Below are positions 50,601 through 64,000 of a DNA stretch of 64,000 nucleotides, piece by piece. This stretch comes from Azolla caroliniana (Eukaryota; Plantae; Polypodiophyta), in NCBI GenBank assembly GCA_043228905.1, contig JBHGNT010000008.1, positions 13,144,001-13,208,000 on the forward strand. The letters run 5' to 3'. The notes beneath the pieces were generated by a model that saw only the letters and a list, made by a program, of their open reading frames with translations, ran no database searches and was not told the DNA's origin. How positions within the stretch are numbered: position 1 is the first letter of the stretch; each line of letters begins with the position of its first letter. Both the position numbers and the translations under genes were made by a program.

Positions 50601-53600
50601 GTGTCATGTTCCTTTTTTTTCTTTTTTTTTCTTTCTTTGTTATTAGAAATTAGCTCACCCTAGTGGTAAGTTGTTATGCTATTACTGCCTATGTCATGTT
50701 TTCTTCATATTCTCGAATATACGTTTTATGAGTTTTTGAATGTTTGATTATAATTTATAATGACATATTTTGATTCAATCTCTATAGTTCATACTCATTT
50801 TTTTGTAAAGTTCTAAAGTGAGGAGGATAGAGTTGATTCTTAAGAAGCATCCCAAAGGCATGCATGTGATACAATGCAAATATTGCAACCATATTTATGT
50901 TGGAGGTTCACAATGGATTAAAGTCCACTTATTGGGATTGAGAGTGAATCAATATATAATATAGACCATAGTCAATCCAATCCAACTTTGAGATGATTTA
51001 CCATACATGTTTGATTGAATCATTCTCGAATGCGAATGCACGTATGGTTCATTCTATGGGTACATCATTCAGTTTCAAATTTAATTTGAGGAGGCTATAG
51101 AAGAAACCCTTATAGAAGAAACTAGTGGTAATAACATCTTGATTGATGAATGGGCTTATTGGTTCATCCTGCAGTAGGGATTTTTCTTTATAGCTTTCTT
51201 GAGCTATTCCCATTCATAAATAAGGTTCAATTACATTGAATACCTCAATACATAGACATCTTACACACCTCAAGATCTGTCTACATTAACACGAGTTTTC
51301 TGTTGGATGATTCCCATTCATAAATAAGGTTCAATTACATTGAATACCGCAATACATAGACATTTTACACACGTCAAGTTCTGTCTACATTAACGTGAGT
51401 TTTCTTTATAGCCTTCTTGGACTATTCCCATTCATAAATAAGGTTCAATTACATTGAATACCTCAATACATAGACATTTTAGACACCTCAAGATCTATCT
51501 ACATTAACGTGGCCACTTTTCCATGCAAAGCTTAGCTTATGAGACTTTGGATTCATTTTAGGTTCATGTAATGTAAATTCATCTTTTTTGGCAATGCTGA
51601 AACAATGCTCTAAAAGTGATGTGCAATTACATGGGATTTTCAGAACTCAAATATTAGTGTAATACCTGAACAAGTTATCCATCTTAACAATTTCGCATGA
51701 AACCTTCATTCAAGGAATAAAGTCGTGTTAAGTCAATCTATGGTCCTCTTGTTAGTTGTGTGGTTCACCTCCTTATCAGTATCCACTTTGCTCATTGGAC
51801 GTTCCACATATCCAATTTACACTACTTGACCGGACTCATCTAGAATAAAACACCAGATACATATGATATAACATACACCAAATCTTTCTTTATTTTTAGC
51901 TACTCTTGATTCTTTCATTCTATCTTTCTTCATCGTCACCATTACTATTGATATCCACATTGAGCTGCCATCTTGATTGTTGCCTGGTCATCATCTTGGC
52001 TGTCGTCATGTAGCATGCCACCATTGCCATTGCCGTTTCCCTTGAAATATTCACCTCATGCACTGAAATTTTGCCACCTTTGCATTGCCAGTATCTTTGA
52101 CTGCATCGTTAAAGTCATGGCTATCTCATTACATGGTCACCACCAAGAAGAAATATTCCATCATGGTCACTGAGCGTTAAGAGGGGTGGTACCATGAAGA
52201 TCTTCATGACCCACAATGGGGCCTTGGGAGTAACCAAGAAAAGAAAGAGACATAGAACGAACAATAATAACTTCTCAAGGCATGAACCTTTTCTATTTTG
52301 CAACTCGTTCTAAGGAAGTACTACATCAAATTTTAGGTAATTCAGGTACAATTCTCCTGCTGTAATATCTTGAATGACTGTGATTGTAAAATTTTTTAAT
52401 AGGCTGTTTTTTAATTATTTCACGGTTTATCTTAATTATGTCATAAACCAGGAATCCCTACTCATGAAACCATTTTGAGCTATAGGTTTAACTGTACCAA
52501 CCTCGCTCTCTGATCATGCATTACTGTGCTTAAGTTGCAAAAACGAAACATGGAAATTCATGTCTATGCTGGACGAGCGATCAACATCTGTAACTCTAGA
52601 ATGTCAAGGCTAAGAAGTCTTGGTATTGTGTCATCCCAGCAGATTAGAAAACAGCTTCATAATCACAAGGTCAATGCATTTAATGAAAGAAAAACTTTTT
52701 CAAAATTTCATCAACTTTATGGGCATCTTCGACAGTCATATAGTGGCAATGTAGAAAAGTGGTTCTGCATTTATGCGTGGTTAAATTCTGTGATGCATAT
52801 GAGATTGAATCAAGAGTACCTCAGCAAATGTCAATACCATGTTTTATATTTGTAACTCTGATATTTCCGTAGGTCTCAACTTGGCAAGCGCTTTGCCCCA
52901 TCTGTATTCTTATTGTTCAAGTGCGATGCATGATCTTATTTCAAATGAGCCCTATATTGGTTTTCACAGAAACCATCCAATTATATCTGGAACATAGATG
53001 TACGTCTCATATGCAGATTTCATGAATAGTGATTTTATAGTTTAATGATATTAGGCTCTTTTAATATCAGATATCTGAAATTCATGATGATAATATTACA
53101 TCCAACAATCAACCAAGCCCAAAGAATTTCAATGAAACAGTAGAGAAACATTTACATGATGTCATACGTCAAAGGGAGCAACTTCAAAGATTGGAGGCAG
53201 AGTTAAGAGGACAGTTCATTGCACGATCTGAGATTTTAAGGATGCAAAACAGTTTTGATGAGAAAACTCAGCAGCAAGCAAGTATTGTATCTAGTTTACA
53301 GGCATGTAAAAAACAACTTTGAACATACTAAATGAATTTCATCATTTTGTTCATCTCAATGATAAGTAGTATTTTAGATGATAAACGCAATGCAAATTTA
53401 TTTCCTTTTTTGGTTTTCTAAATGAAAATAAAGAATTGGTGCTAAAAAAGTAAAATTACTGCTTTAGGAACAATTGCATAAACAAGACCAGAGAGTACAT
53501 GAAATGCAGAAACAACTTGAGGAAAGGGAGCATCAGCTACATGTTAATCAAAGAGAGACTAGTGAAGCAGTCAATCAGGTATCACCCTTGAAAGACTTCT

Positions 53601-55775
53601 TTCGTTTTTCATCTTCATGCACTGGTCCTGGAGGAGATAATTGCTGAAGCAGCCTCTAAGCTTTAACTAAAATAATTAGTGAATCATAGGAAAATTTACG
53701 AAGTTACAGTATTAAATATGGGTTCCTGATCATAGCATGATGTGGTTTTACTTATAGAGCTACTGGAATTTGGGATGATAAGAGTTTGAGCAATATATCA
53801 GACACATTGATTTATGGTTTTTCAGGTCTGGGCAAAAGATGGTCTTCTACGTGAACAAACTAGTGAACTTGAAACACTCCGGTACCTACTTTTTGCATTG
53901 ATTTAATATTGAAACATAATCAAACATCAACTCACTTGCTTCGTGGTCATCTTCCTAGTCGTGAGCGTGAAAACTTTTTGGTGGAGCAAAAGGATGCTCA
54001 TGCAGAATTTGAAACAGAGAGAGCACAATTATTGGGACATTTGCATGACTTGGAAGAACGGTTACAGGAAAAGGAAAGGGAATTGCAAGAGATTGATAGA
54101 CAAGTAAGGGACTTTCTTTGATTTTTTTCATCTTTTTATTTAATCAATTTATGATATGAAGTATACATGCATTTTATCATCCATGTGTTCAATTTGTCTT
54201 TTACATGAATCATGATCACAATTATTTCTTTCTGAATTTCTGTTTGAAGGAGGTAATCATTATATCAAACCGTATAGTCTTCACATTGTCAACATGCTTT
54301 ATAATCTAAAAAGCAACAAGCTTCCTTGAATTCCAATTCGTTGTTGGGGCTGTATATGAAATCGTTTTTAGTCTTTGACTACTGAAAGTTCTATCTTTCA
54401 TTTGGATTTTATCATGCAATATTCTAAGTCGCTTACATATCTTTGTGTTTGTTTGAATATAAAGTTTATTAGGTGATGAAAGAGTTACTGGGATTTGTTA
54501 ATATCCCTTGTTAAGACATTTCTTTTTTCTACCAGCATCAAAGTGTAAAAGAAACCCTTGTATACAAAGATGGGCAGTTTAGAGAAGCTCAATCATGGTT
54601 ACAGCGTGCACAGGAACTTGATGCATTTCATGCAAATACCACTAGCTCCTTGCATGCTGAGCTTAGGGATCGTACTGAGCAGATAAATCAGCTCTGGTTG
54701 GGTCAGCAAAGGCAGGTAGCACGCTTTCTTAGGACAACATTTTACTAGTATATAGTTGAGTTATTATGGTATAGATTTGTTTTCCAATCTAATTTCTTGC
54801 TAATACAATTAGAGGAAATTGAAGGTCAAAGCATTGAGAGCTGTAATATCTCATCTTTAAACATCTAAGAGTGTCTATTGATCTGTTGCAATTGGGCTCA
54901 AAACTTTTACTGCATGTGGTCTTCTATTTAGGGAAAATATTCTCTAGAATCGGTGAATGGAAATATTGCTACATTTTGCTGATACATAGATGAGTTATTA
55001 TGATATGGATTTATATTTCAATCTAATTTCTTGCTACCACGATCAGAGGAAAGTAAAGATCAAAACATTGAGATCTGCAATATCTCATCCTTATTGATGT
55101 GTCGCAATAGGACTCAAAATGTTTACTATATGTGGTCTTCTATTTAGGCAAAATATTCTCTAGAATGGCTGAATGAATTATTGCCGTGGGTTGTTCAGAG
55201 TGGAGCAGCTTCTTGCATCTGCTTGACCTTGAACAAATACCTAATTAAACTCACCATTATTATATAAATTATGTATTACGTTGATGTTTTTAGTAGACTT
55301 GTTCAACATTAGGTTTGAATGATTGCCTTTAGAGACATAACTGAAGTTCTACCTTCATGAAGTTTACTGAAGCTCTGAAGCCTAAACTTTACTTTTCCCA
55401 ACACAATAAGAATATTTGAAGATTTCAAAATCGATTGCAATTTTTCGAAGACCTCTGTTGGGAGGTCTAGGGAGGCACTAATATGTGCCATCATGAATGT
55501 TTCCGGTTCTCTTTTATGGGGCAGATAATTGGACAAATTTCGAGAGACCTCTACTCTTAATGATTGTCCACATGATAAGGAGCAAGGCATTGATGGCCCA
55601 TGATATAATCCAGGATGGGAGCAGCCCAATAGTGACCGAGGCACTATTTTGATTAGTGATGGGTATCTAATGGACATGGGAGCTCCCAAAGAAGAGGTAC
55701 TCAAGTTTGGCACTTAAGTCATCAAAACAATTGGTATAACATGGCAATAACCATTCTTGGTGTGTCGAAATGCAA

Positions 55776-55814
<39 letters not shown>

Positions 55815-58800
55815 GTTGTCAACACTTTGACATGACCAAATTGGAAATGAAGAGAGTGGTCCAAACTGATATCACTGAAAATGAAAACTTATACAAAAGA
55901 GGCTGGTATAGCCTATTTATACAAAATTGGGGAATGTGGGTGAAATGGCTGTTTGGTAGTTAAGTGACTCTTGTACTACCAAACAGGTACAAAAAACTAG
56001 GAATATCTTGGAAAAGGTAGAAGAGAGAAAAGGCATTTAAAGCATTGCAGATTCTAGAGAGAGAAGGCATTTAAAGAGTTGCAGATTCTAGAGAGAGAAG
56101 AATCTGAGAAAAGAGAGAATGTAGTACAGAGATAATAAATATGAAAGAGAGTGCAGGTCTGGAGCTGCCACCCTCCAACACACAGAGCTATGGAAGAAAG
56201 GATCTGCTGATTGTGTCATCGGGATGTGAAATGAGAGGATCACTATGTGTGCCATTGCAATGTTTTTAATGATGTAAGGGGGGAGATACCACCGCTCTTC
56301 TCAAACGACGAGGCTGTAGTCAATGCCCGATTTAAAAATCAAGAGACAAAGAGAGAAGTTGTTGGACAATATACAGCCATAAAGTTCATCAACCTAGAAT
56401 CATCAGTGTATGTTTTATTTAGCACCATCACATCCTCATGCTCAAGTCAATCAATGGCTACAAAGTAGGGTCTTGACAACAGCACTTAAAAAGGGTTGCA
56501 GCAGATCAGCCAATATCAAATTTTCATGCACTTTGACCATGCCCATCTAGACCGTGGCCCTATCACTTTTATAAGGAACAAATCAAGGCCATTATCACCC
56601 AACATTGAGGTTGCTGTCTTACTTTGGAAAGTTTTGCTAGAAATATTGAGAATTGATTAGATAGGCATATAGAGTTACACTTACAGAGATGTATATCTGA
56701 AAACAAACTTTCTATTACATATGAGAAAGAAAGAAAGATACATTAACGTCTTTTAAGAGGCCAAAATGGCCTATAAGACCAAACAAGAGATTACATCTTA
56801 AGTGTTGTCTTGTCTTGAGAACAACAATTAAAAAAGAAGTAAATAATACTCCGTAAATATAAAAGTATATAAGATAAAAAGAGATGAGGGAATCTGGTTT
56901 TCAGCACATGTGAGATTCCCAAGTTAGATATATTGTAGCTTTTGTCTTCGAAAGATCTCTAGCATAGGTCGATCCAGAATGGAAATGTCTCCGAAGCGAG
57001 GGAAGCACCTACGATGGTGGGAGATAATGGCTTTTATTTGTCGATGACAAAGGTGTTGAGGTCGTGGTCCATGGGGCTGGGGCCTATGTGCATGGCAAAT
57101 TGCTATTGCCCAATCAATTGTAGCCCCTTTGTTATGTCCTGGTCGGAAGCCCATTTGTGTATCTCGTGATTGACTTGTAGCATTAGTAGGAGTGATGGGG
57201 CTAAAGAAAGTTGTGATTGTTCTTTGTGGATGAGCGTGAGAGTAGCGCGCAATGGTAGTCATGCACTCACGCTTTAGAGCTTAGATGGTATCTGGACTCG
57301 TCGACTACAAATTTGTGGGGACAGATAATGGTCACAGCCACTGTAAGGGAGATAGAGACTGGATCATATTCTCTATTTGGTCTGCGTCACATTAAATGTG
57401 CAAGTCAGTTGATAGTATTGGGGAAATTCCTTTTCTTTCATCTGACTTGTCTTTCAATATGACCCAGCTCCCTAGATACAAAGCCAGTGATAGATAGTAC
57501 TTATTTTAAAGTCAATGACACTTATGTCAAGACTAAGTGCATCTTAACCCGACCAACCGAACTTATTCGGAATTTGGAAATTACAATTGGAGGACATGCA
57601 TTCCAGATATCCGCAGTGGTCTTGCAACTAAACGCACAAGGGGCATATCCCTTGTTACAACGACCATGGCTGCGGACGGCACACATAAAGCAAAACTGGC
57701 AGAAAAATGTCATTACCTTCTACCTGCTCTTGGTATTGATCGTCAACGTCTCACACCTTCACCCGAACGTTCAAGCACGCTCCATGCAACTCTTCCATCG
57801 CCTGGGTCACCGCTCTTATCTTCTACCTGTTCTTGGTGTTGATCGGCCACTTCCCCTTCTTGTAGAAGTCCATAGACATAAGATTGATTTCCGATCCATG
57901 GTCGATCAATGTTATCAATGCTACCACGTGTTCCTTCATGTCCCCGACCTGAATCGATGTTGTCGTGAAGGATTCCAACCACAGGAAGGAAGATTCATCG
58001 GATGCGTGGGAACAGGGGTGCCACATATGCACATAAAATGTTCTTTGTATAAAAATGAATGTCAATAAAGAGCATATTAACAAGGTATTTATGTGCCCGC
58101 GAAAAGAGGGAGGAATTATAGGATGTGGTGGTAGAAAATCATGGGAGAATCTTTGACCCAAACAACTGTCATAACAACTTGATGTAACCGACGCTCCTAG
58201 GTGCTATAAAGGGAGGGAAGGATGATTGTTTGAGGGGAGATCATTTTGATGGGTCGAAGTGTTGTCAGATTGAGCACAATCGAATTAGGAGTGAAGGGTC
58301 TCGGTTTTGAATTGTTATGTTCTGCTCTGTCCGTTAGGTTCACGTGAGGCCTCTGCTCGTGTGGTTACCAGAGGCTCACATCCGTGTAATCGTTGAGGAT
58401 TGTGCTCTGATTATTGTACTTACATCCTCGATCATTAAATGATTTATTGTCACCTGCTGTATTTGGGTGTGCCTGTCTTGGGATCATTCCATTGGTCGTT
58501 TCTTTTCTTCTCTTCGCTGTGAGTCGTGTGTTGTGAGATCTCTTCCTCATTACACCTTGTGCTTGTCGGCGTGTGTCTACAAGCCCGTGAGCTCATTATC
58601 CGGTGGTTGGATACCATGCAGGGTTGGTCACAATAGGCACTGAGTTGGCACCTATCATTAAGCTCCCTGATCCAAGACCTCGATGGTCCCACCCAAGCCG
58701 ACCTACAAGCCGCGGATTTCCACGACAACATTTCCATTGCAGCCCTTGCCCGGTGTGGCCTCATGTAATGGCTATCTCCATAGTCTTCTTCCACCGCCAC

Positions 58801-61800
58801 TTCGTTCATTGATATCGTGTTCACGCCCGTGGGTTTGGCACTCTCTAGCCCGGTCGAGAGTCGCTTCCTCTTCACAAGGTCAATGATGGTGTCGTGGAAT
58901 TCCTTCTTCTCAATGCCAAGAACCTCTTGTAGCATGAATTCCACTTGACTATCGAGGATCCTCTCGTCTATGACCTTTCTCAAGTCCCTAGCTTGTTCGA
59001 TCTGGGAGTGTTAATAATTAGGTAATTAAGCAAGGGTTAATTAACGTCTAATTATGTGAGTGGTTGATAAGCGGAAGATTATGAGATATGTGTGTGTATG
59101 TGTGTGAGAGGAAGAGAGAGAGGAAGTTACACTTATGAACAATAATATAAATTGGGGAGGATTAACGAGAGTGTATATTAAAAAGCATCATCAAATACAA
59201 AACTGCTCACAATGAGGTATATATACATCTCATGTGCAAAGGTACACATGTGTGAGTAGGATATAGCTACAAAGGTGTAAGTCCTATATTAAATGAACAT
59301 GGGAGTGGAGGATCTACAATGTATCCCACTCAAGGCTTTAAGGTCAACACACTAACTAGATTCTATCTAGGTAACTACTAAGTTACGTGTGTTGACTAAC
59401 TAACTAAATCTAGTTGAACTTGATATCTCAACACGCCCCCTCAAGCTCACGTGTGAGGCGTCCGACGTCCCCTTTGGCTTTCGTCAGCTTCGACCTTTCC
59501 GAGACAGTCTCGATTCCTCCCCCTTAAGCCGGTGATGAGGTTTGTAGTGTGAAATGGGCGAAGGCTGACTGCTTCCACCCATCATGGGTCACGAGCCGCT
59601 TTGGTAGAGCTCTTGGGCTCTTGTTCGGCTGCTAGCTTCATTGCGAAGGCATAATTATTGGCCATATACTCATTGTGGCCGAGACGAGTGACGGGGTTCT
59701 TCTCTCTAGATGAGCGTCGAAGTTTTTCGCTTGCCGATGTGAGCGCCTTCTTTACTCCCGGTGTACACATGATGGGTACTCCAAACTCACTGTTTAGTGA
59801 GGGAGCTGACACATCCGAATCACTGTCGTCAGGGTGGTTGACTTCTTATTCGGGCATCTTACCTTTAGCTTTGTCCGATCTGGCCCCTAGTTGAGATGCG
59901 CTTGTACGAGCTCATGTGGTCCGCTTAGCCCGGTAGAACTTGGATTGTCCTTTGGTAAAGGACTTGGCCAAATATCATCATCCACCGAGTGGAGCTGAAT
60001 TGGGCTTATACCAAGATGTCGATTCGTTGAAGACTACGTCTCGACTCACCCGAACTGCTCAAGTTGAAGGGTTATAGCACTTGTATGCCGTTTGCTTGAA
60101 CGAGTATCATATGAGGATACATTTCTCCGACTTCACGTTGAGTTTCTGTCATTTTTCACTCGGGATGCGTACATTCGCAATGCTTCCGAACACTTTCAAG
60201 TGCGACAGGATCAACTTCCTTTTGACAAGGAGCTCGTATGGAGTTAGCTCATGCACTCCATTAGTGGTGCACTAGTTCATGAGATAGACGGTTGAGGATG
60301 CCGCTTCGGCCCAATAGAGTTCGTCATGTGCTTCTCATGCATCATGGCGCGTGCTACCTCGAGTATTTGCCGATTCTTCCTTTCAGCTACTCCATTTTGT
60401 TGGGGTGTGTGTCGGCATGAGAATTTTCTTCGGATGCCTTCACCTTGGGGGTAGGAGATCAATTTGTCGGAGAAGTACTCCTTGCCTCCATTCGATTGTA
60501 GGCATCGAATGTGCCGACCGGTTTCTTTTTCGACTTGGCACTTGAGCTTTTGGAAGTGGGAGAGCATTTCACTCTTCTTCTTCATCGGGAAGATCCATGT
60601 GTAGTGCGAGTAGTCGCCGATGAAGGTGGCGTAGTTTGTGAGTTGTCGGCTTGTGGGAGTTGACTCACTTCTCTTCTTCCGACACTCCTCTTCACGGTCG
60701 CCGATTTTGTCGCAATAGTTGCAAGTGGTGGGCCTTGTTTGCCGACCTTCTTTGGCGTGGAAGCTCCCCCTTCTTCCGAAGGTTCCTCGATGGCTTCCAT
60801 CTTCTTGTCGAAGGTTTGAGTTTCCTTCATGAGATGGGTCAAATCGACCTCTTCTATCGCCTCGACCTCGTCCTCAACCACTATCCGAATTCGAGAAGAA
60901 CATTTGTCCTTCTGACGTCTTCTTCACCGATTTTGTCGCAATAGTTGCAAGTGGTGGGTCTCGTTTGCCGACCTTCTTTGGCATGGAAGCTCCCCCTTCT
61001 TCCGAAGGTTCCTCGATGGCTTCCGTCTTCTTGTCGAAGGTTTGAGTTCCCTTCATGAGATCGGTCGAATCGACCTCTTCTATCGCCTCGACCTCGTCCT
61101 CAACCACTATCCGAATTCGAGAAAAACATTTGTCCTTCCGACGTCTTCGTCTTGGTTCGGATGTGGTTCTCTTCGACTAATAGTATTGATTGAAGGTCAG
61201 AGAACGAAAGAGGGTTTCCTGTTGCTAGGATAGTTGTCCTTATCGGGTTGAACGAATGTGCGAGGCCATCCAAGCATACTTGAACCATCTCGTCTTTGTC
61301 GATGTTTACATTGATGGAGCCAAGAAAGTTGCAAATGCTCTTGATCTTGGCAGTGTAGTCCGACACAGACATATCTTTTTGTCGTATGTTGTCTGACTCT
61401 GAATATTCTTCCAGTCGACCTGACTAGTCAACCCTATTACCCTACTTCCCTCTTTTTGTCACCTAGTTGGGCCAACCCAATGTACATAGTCGAAGGCTGA
61501 GTATATTAGAAGTCGAAAAAGTACAGTCGAAAAAGTATGGAAGAGAGTCGTAATGATAGTCGAAAGAGTAGTCGGAGACGGACAAGTGTGACGGCAGTTG
61601 AACGAGGAAAATAAAATGCCAAGTATAAAAATATAGTAGGTAGTTAGTCATAATTATAAGGTTCTTGCCGAACGGCAGTTGTAGTTTCTTGATGTAAGTC
61701 CCTCATGCCGCCTATAAAAAAGAACATAGAGCATTGTAACACGGGGGATCTGTAAGTGTATAAATTTAATATAATTTTATTTTAGAGTAATCTGTGTCTT

Positions 61801-64000
61801 GTTGTGACTCCGTTCTAAGAGAGTGATTATATTAATTCGTACAACTAGACAGAGAGAGAGAGAGAGAGTGTGTGTCGCAATATATAGTCGATCATAAGTT
61901 TCAAAGTAATTAAGTATCGTAGTTATATCTGTATGTGCGATAAAAATAAGCGTGTTTGATGAAGATAAGTAAGTGATCTTGGAGTGAGAATCATAATAAA
62001 GATTAACCAGGAGTGATTAAGAAATCAGAGTCAACCAAATCCATATCTCCAACCACAACTTCCTTGATAGGACTTCTTAGAGAGTAAGTTGTCCGACCCT
62101 TTGTGTTTGTCGACCAAGAAGGTGACAACACTTTCCTAAATACATTCTGTCCTACTCATCTACGGTTTCCTACATTGATACCTTATTGACCCTTATTGCC
62201 AGGTTGCACTATACCTACTCCTCATTTGGGGTGCTATCACAAAATGTGCACTCTAAGAATACATGTGGAGATAAATTTATAACTTGGGGTTGATCATTGA
62301 TTGTATCTAACAAGTTTCAATCACCCCCTCATGCTACAGTCAATCACATGCTAAAAAATAGGTTATTAACCACAACATTCAAAAGCAATCAATTGGGGAA
62401 TAACAAATTTTTGTGCATGTAGGGAGCTTCCTTCCATACCAGGTGCTGCCACCTTTCTTATCAACAAACTAGGGCCATTGCCACTCAACAGTGAAGGTGC
62501 TTCCCATGCTTTGGAGAACACTCCATCTTGGATTGGCCCATGTTGGACATCTTTTGAAGGCAAAATTTTCAGTTGAATCTAAGCTCAGCTTATAAAACGC
62601 ATATCTAATAAGAAGTTTTGTTTCCTTAGGCAATTTTACTAATGTAGTCATATTTATTCTGGTTTATTGTTCTCAAAGTGAGACAACATTCGAAGATATA
62701 ATTTTTGTTCAGTGCCACAGGTCATTTTTGTCCTCTTAAAAGATGTCAATTTAATTATCTTTTTTTCTTATTTAGCTAGTTGACTGACATACCTTTTATA
62801 CTGTCTAGCTGGCTGAGGTTGAGAGATTTCATATGCAAACAATACAAAGATTAAGAAGAGAGGCTGCTGAAGTGAGAGAGCAGAACCGACTGCTAAGAAG
62901 TACTTCTGCAAATCATATAGAAGCTAGGCATGAATTTTCTGGTCTTCCGAATAATAAAGGTATGCAGGAGCTGAATTTAACAGATCCAGTGGTGGGAAAT
63001 GCTGGCAAAATGACAAAAGGGGCTATCATTGCTAGCAATCAGGTCAGTTTTGAATTTATGCACATTCTTTAATAAATGGAAATTTAGCTAGATCTGGAAG
63101 ATAGTTGCATCATTCATATAGCAGTTAATATCAATATGTTGGAGCAGGTAAGAGATTTGTCTTTTTCTGGTTCACAAGCTGTGGAGACAACAACTTATGC
63201 TCTTCCTGATAATCACCCTACACGGCTTGACCAGTTTTCTGGCCAACAACATGGAATAGTCACATCTCAAATAGCTCCATCTATTATGAGCCAATTCCCA
63301 GATTCAAGGACTACCCAACCACAACTTCAATTACCTATAATGCAGGTTCTATTTTTCTCATCTTAGATTCTTCAATTTGCATTGAAATATTGAAAAAATA
63401 AGTATCCATTTATGTGCAATGTTGCAGCAATTTAAGCTAATTCAGCATGCCCGACCTCCCCAAATATGCCTGGCCCAGACACAACAATTGCAAGTGTTTA
63501 ATCATTCCCCTGAAAATACATATCATATTTCTTTAGACGCACAAGGTGCCAATCAACAAGGAGGAGATGAGAGTACAGTGTTAGGGGACAACCAAAACTT
63601 GGATTTCACTTGCTTGGTCAATGTGCCAGTTAGTTCTGGTGTACATCATGTGCTGCAGAAAGATGTGACACAATCTGATGAGAAGCATACAGGACACTCA
63701 CTTGGTGAACAAAGCAACAAGGAAATCAAACATAGTATAAAAGAAGAACAAACTCAAAAGCAGGAAGTGACGGATCAACTGGAAGTTGGAGGATATGCAA
63801 AGGTTTACAACTATAATTTGATATGCAATAACCAATTTATGTTTTTGTGCTGATATTCTATCCATTAACATCTTCTTTTTCTGTCTAAGATATGTTTTTG
63901 GTATGATTCAAGTTGCAGCCTATGGATGAAAATCAGGTATATTCAAGAGATTCAAGCATGCTGAGAATCCTTGAAAAAAAAGAGTTGGGCAAAAAGGCAC
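47615..64000 (+). CDS. Host multi-exon gene for an uncharacterised plant coiled-coil protein (At3g03560-like). Exons 47615-47887, 53071-53301, 53468-53578, 53826-53881, 53959-54103, 54536-54715, 62809-63042, 63148-63345, 63428-63802, 63919->64000
   Basis: Phase-consistent splice sites give one open frame; motifs RKEWRAVSDH, RQREQLQRLEAELR, WAKDGLLREQ..EL..LRRER, YKDGQFREAQSW, ELRDRTEQ.NQLWLG.QRQ.AEVERFH recalled from that family. Confidence 0.85.
50226..51058. mobile_element. MITE with CATAGAA..TTCTATG termini (long copy) in intron 1
   Basis: 8-bp TSD GGTATATC/GGTACATC; ends homologous to 22472-22728. Confidence 0.87.
51180..51510. repeat. 3 x ~105-115-bp tandem repeat
   Basis: attcccattcataaataaggttcaattacattgaatacc occurs three times. 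Confidence 0.9.
54755..55180. repeat. 2 x ~235-bp diverged tandem duplication at the start of intron 6
   Basis: gagttattatg..aatctaatttcttgct..tgtggtcttctatttagg..tattctctagaat occurs twice. Confidence 0.8.
57487..59008. mobile_element. Gypsy gag/protease remnants on both strands, one split by an LTR-like insert (57958-58730)
   Basis: LIRNLEITIGG..YPLLQRPWL (+); LIDHGSEINLMS and KKEFHDTIIDLVKRKR (-); insert bounded by TGTTGTCGTG..CACGACAACA with no clean TSD. Confidence 0.7.
59009..61386 (-). mobile_element. Deleted Copia element (gag part, integrase, 3' LTR 59009-59433; protease, RT and RNase H missing)
   Basis: CLQSNGGKEY..TPQQNGVAERKNR; PPT TTGAGGGGGCG before TGTTGAGA; 226-bp gag duplication at 60701/60927. 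Confidence 0.88.
61387..62130 (+). mobile_element. LTR-like segment, probably a solo or recombinant LTR
   Basis: TGTTGTC..GACAACA termini; CCTATAAA at ~61710; no TSD. Confidence 0.6.

Overview
Land-plant nuclear DNA; the TE types and the long TE-filled introns suggest a non-seed plant such as a fern or moss (inference). Bases 1-46,300 are a deeply nested transposon stack: Ty3/Gypsy and Ty1/Copia LTR elements, solo LTRs, LINE fragments, and a two-gene Sola1/DUF7869-like DNA transposon whose transposase is interrupted three times (by a P-element-like transposon, by a foldback derivative of a related family, and by a young Copia). Bases 47,600-64,000 hold a 10+ exon host coiled-coil gene (At3g03560-like) with a GC-AG intron and TE-filled introns. 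The most unusual object is 36794-42459: an LTR element (TG..CA ends, 5-bp TSD, Tat-like PBS) with no recognisable gag/pol. It instead carries, antisense, an endonuclease-less Penelope-like reverse transcriptase followed by a type I hammerhead ribozyme. All calls come from reading the sequence by eye; family names are motif-based, not database-verified.
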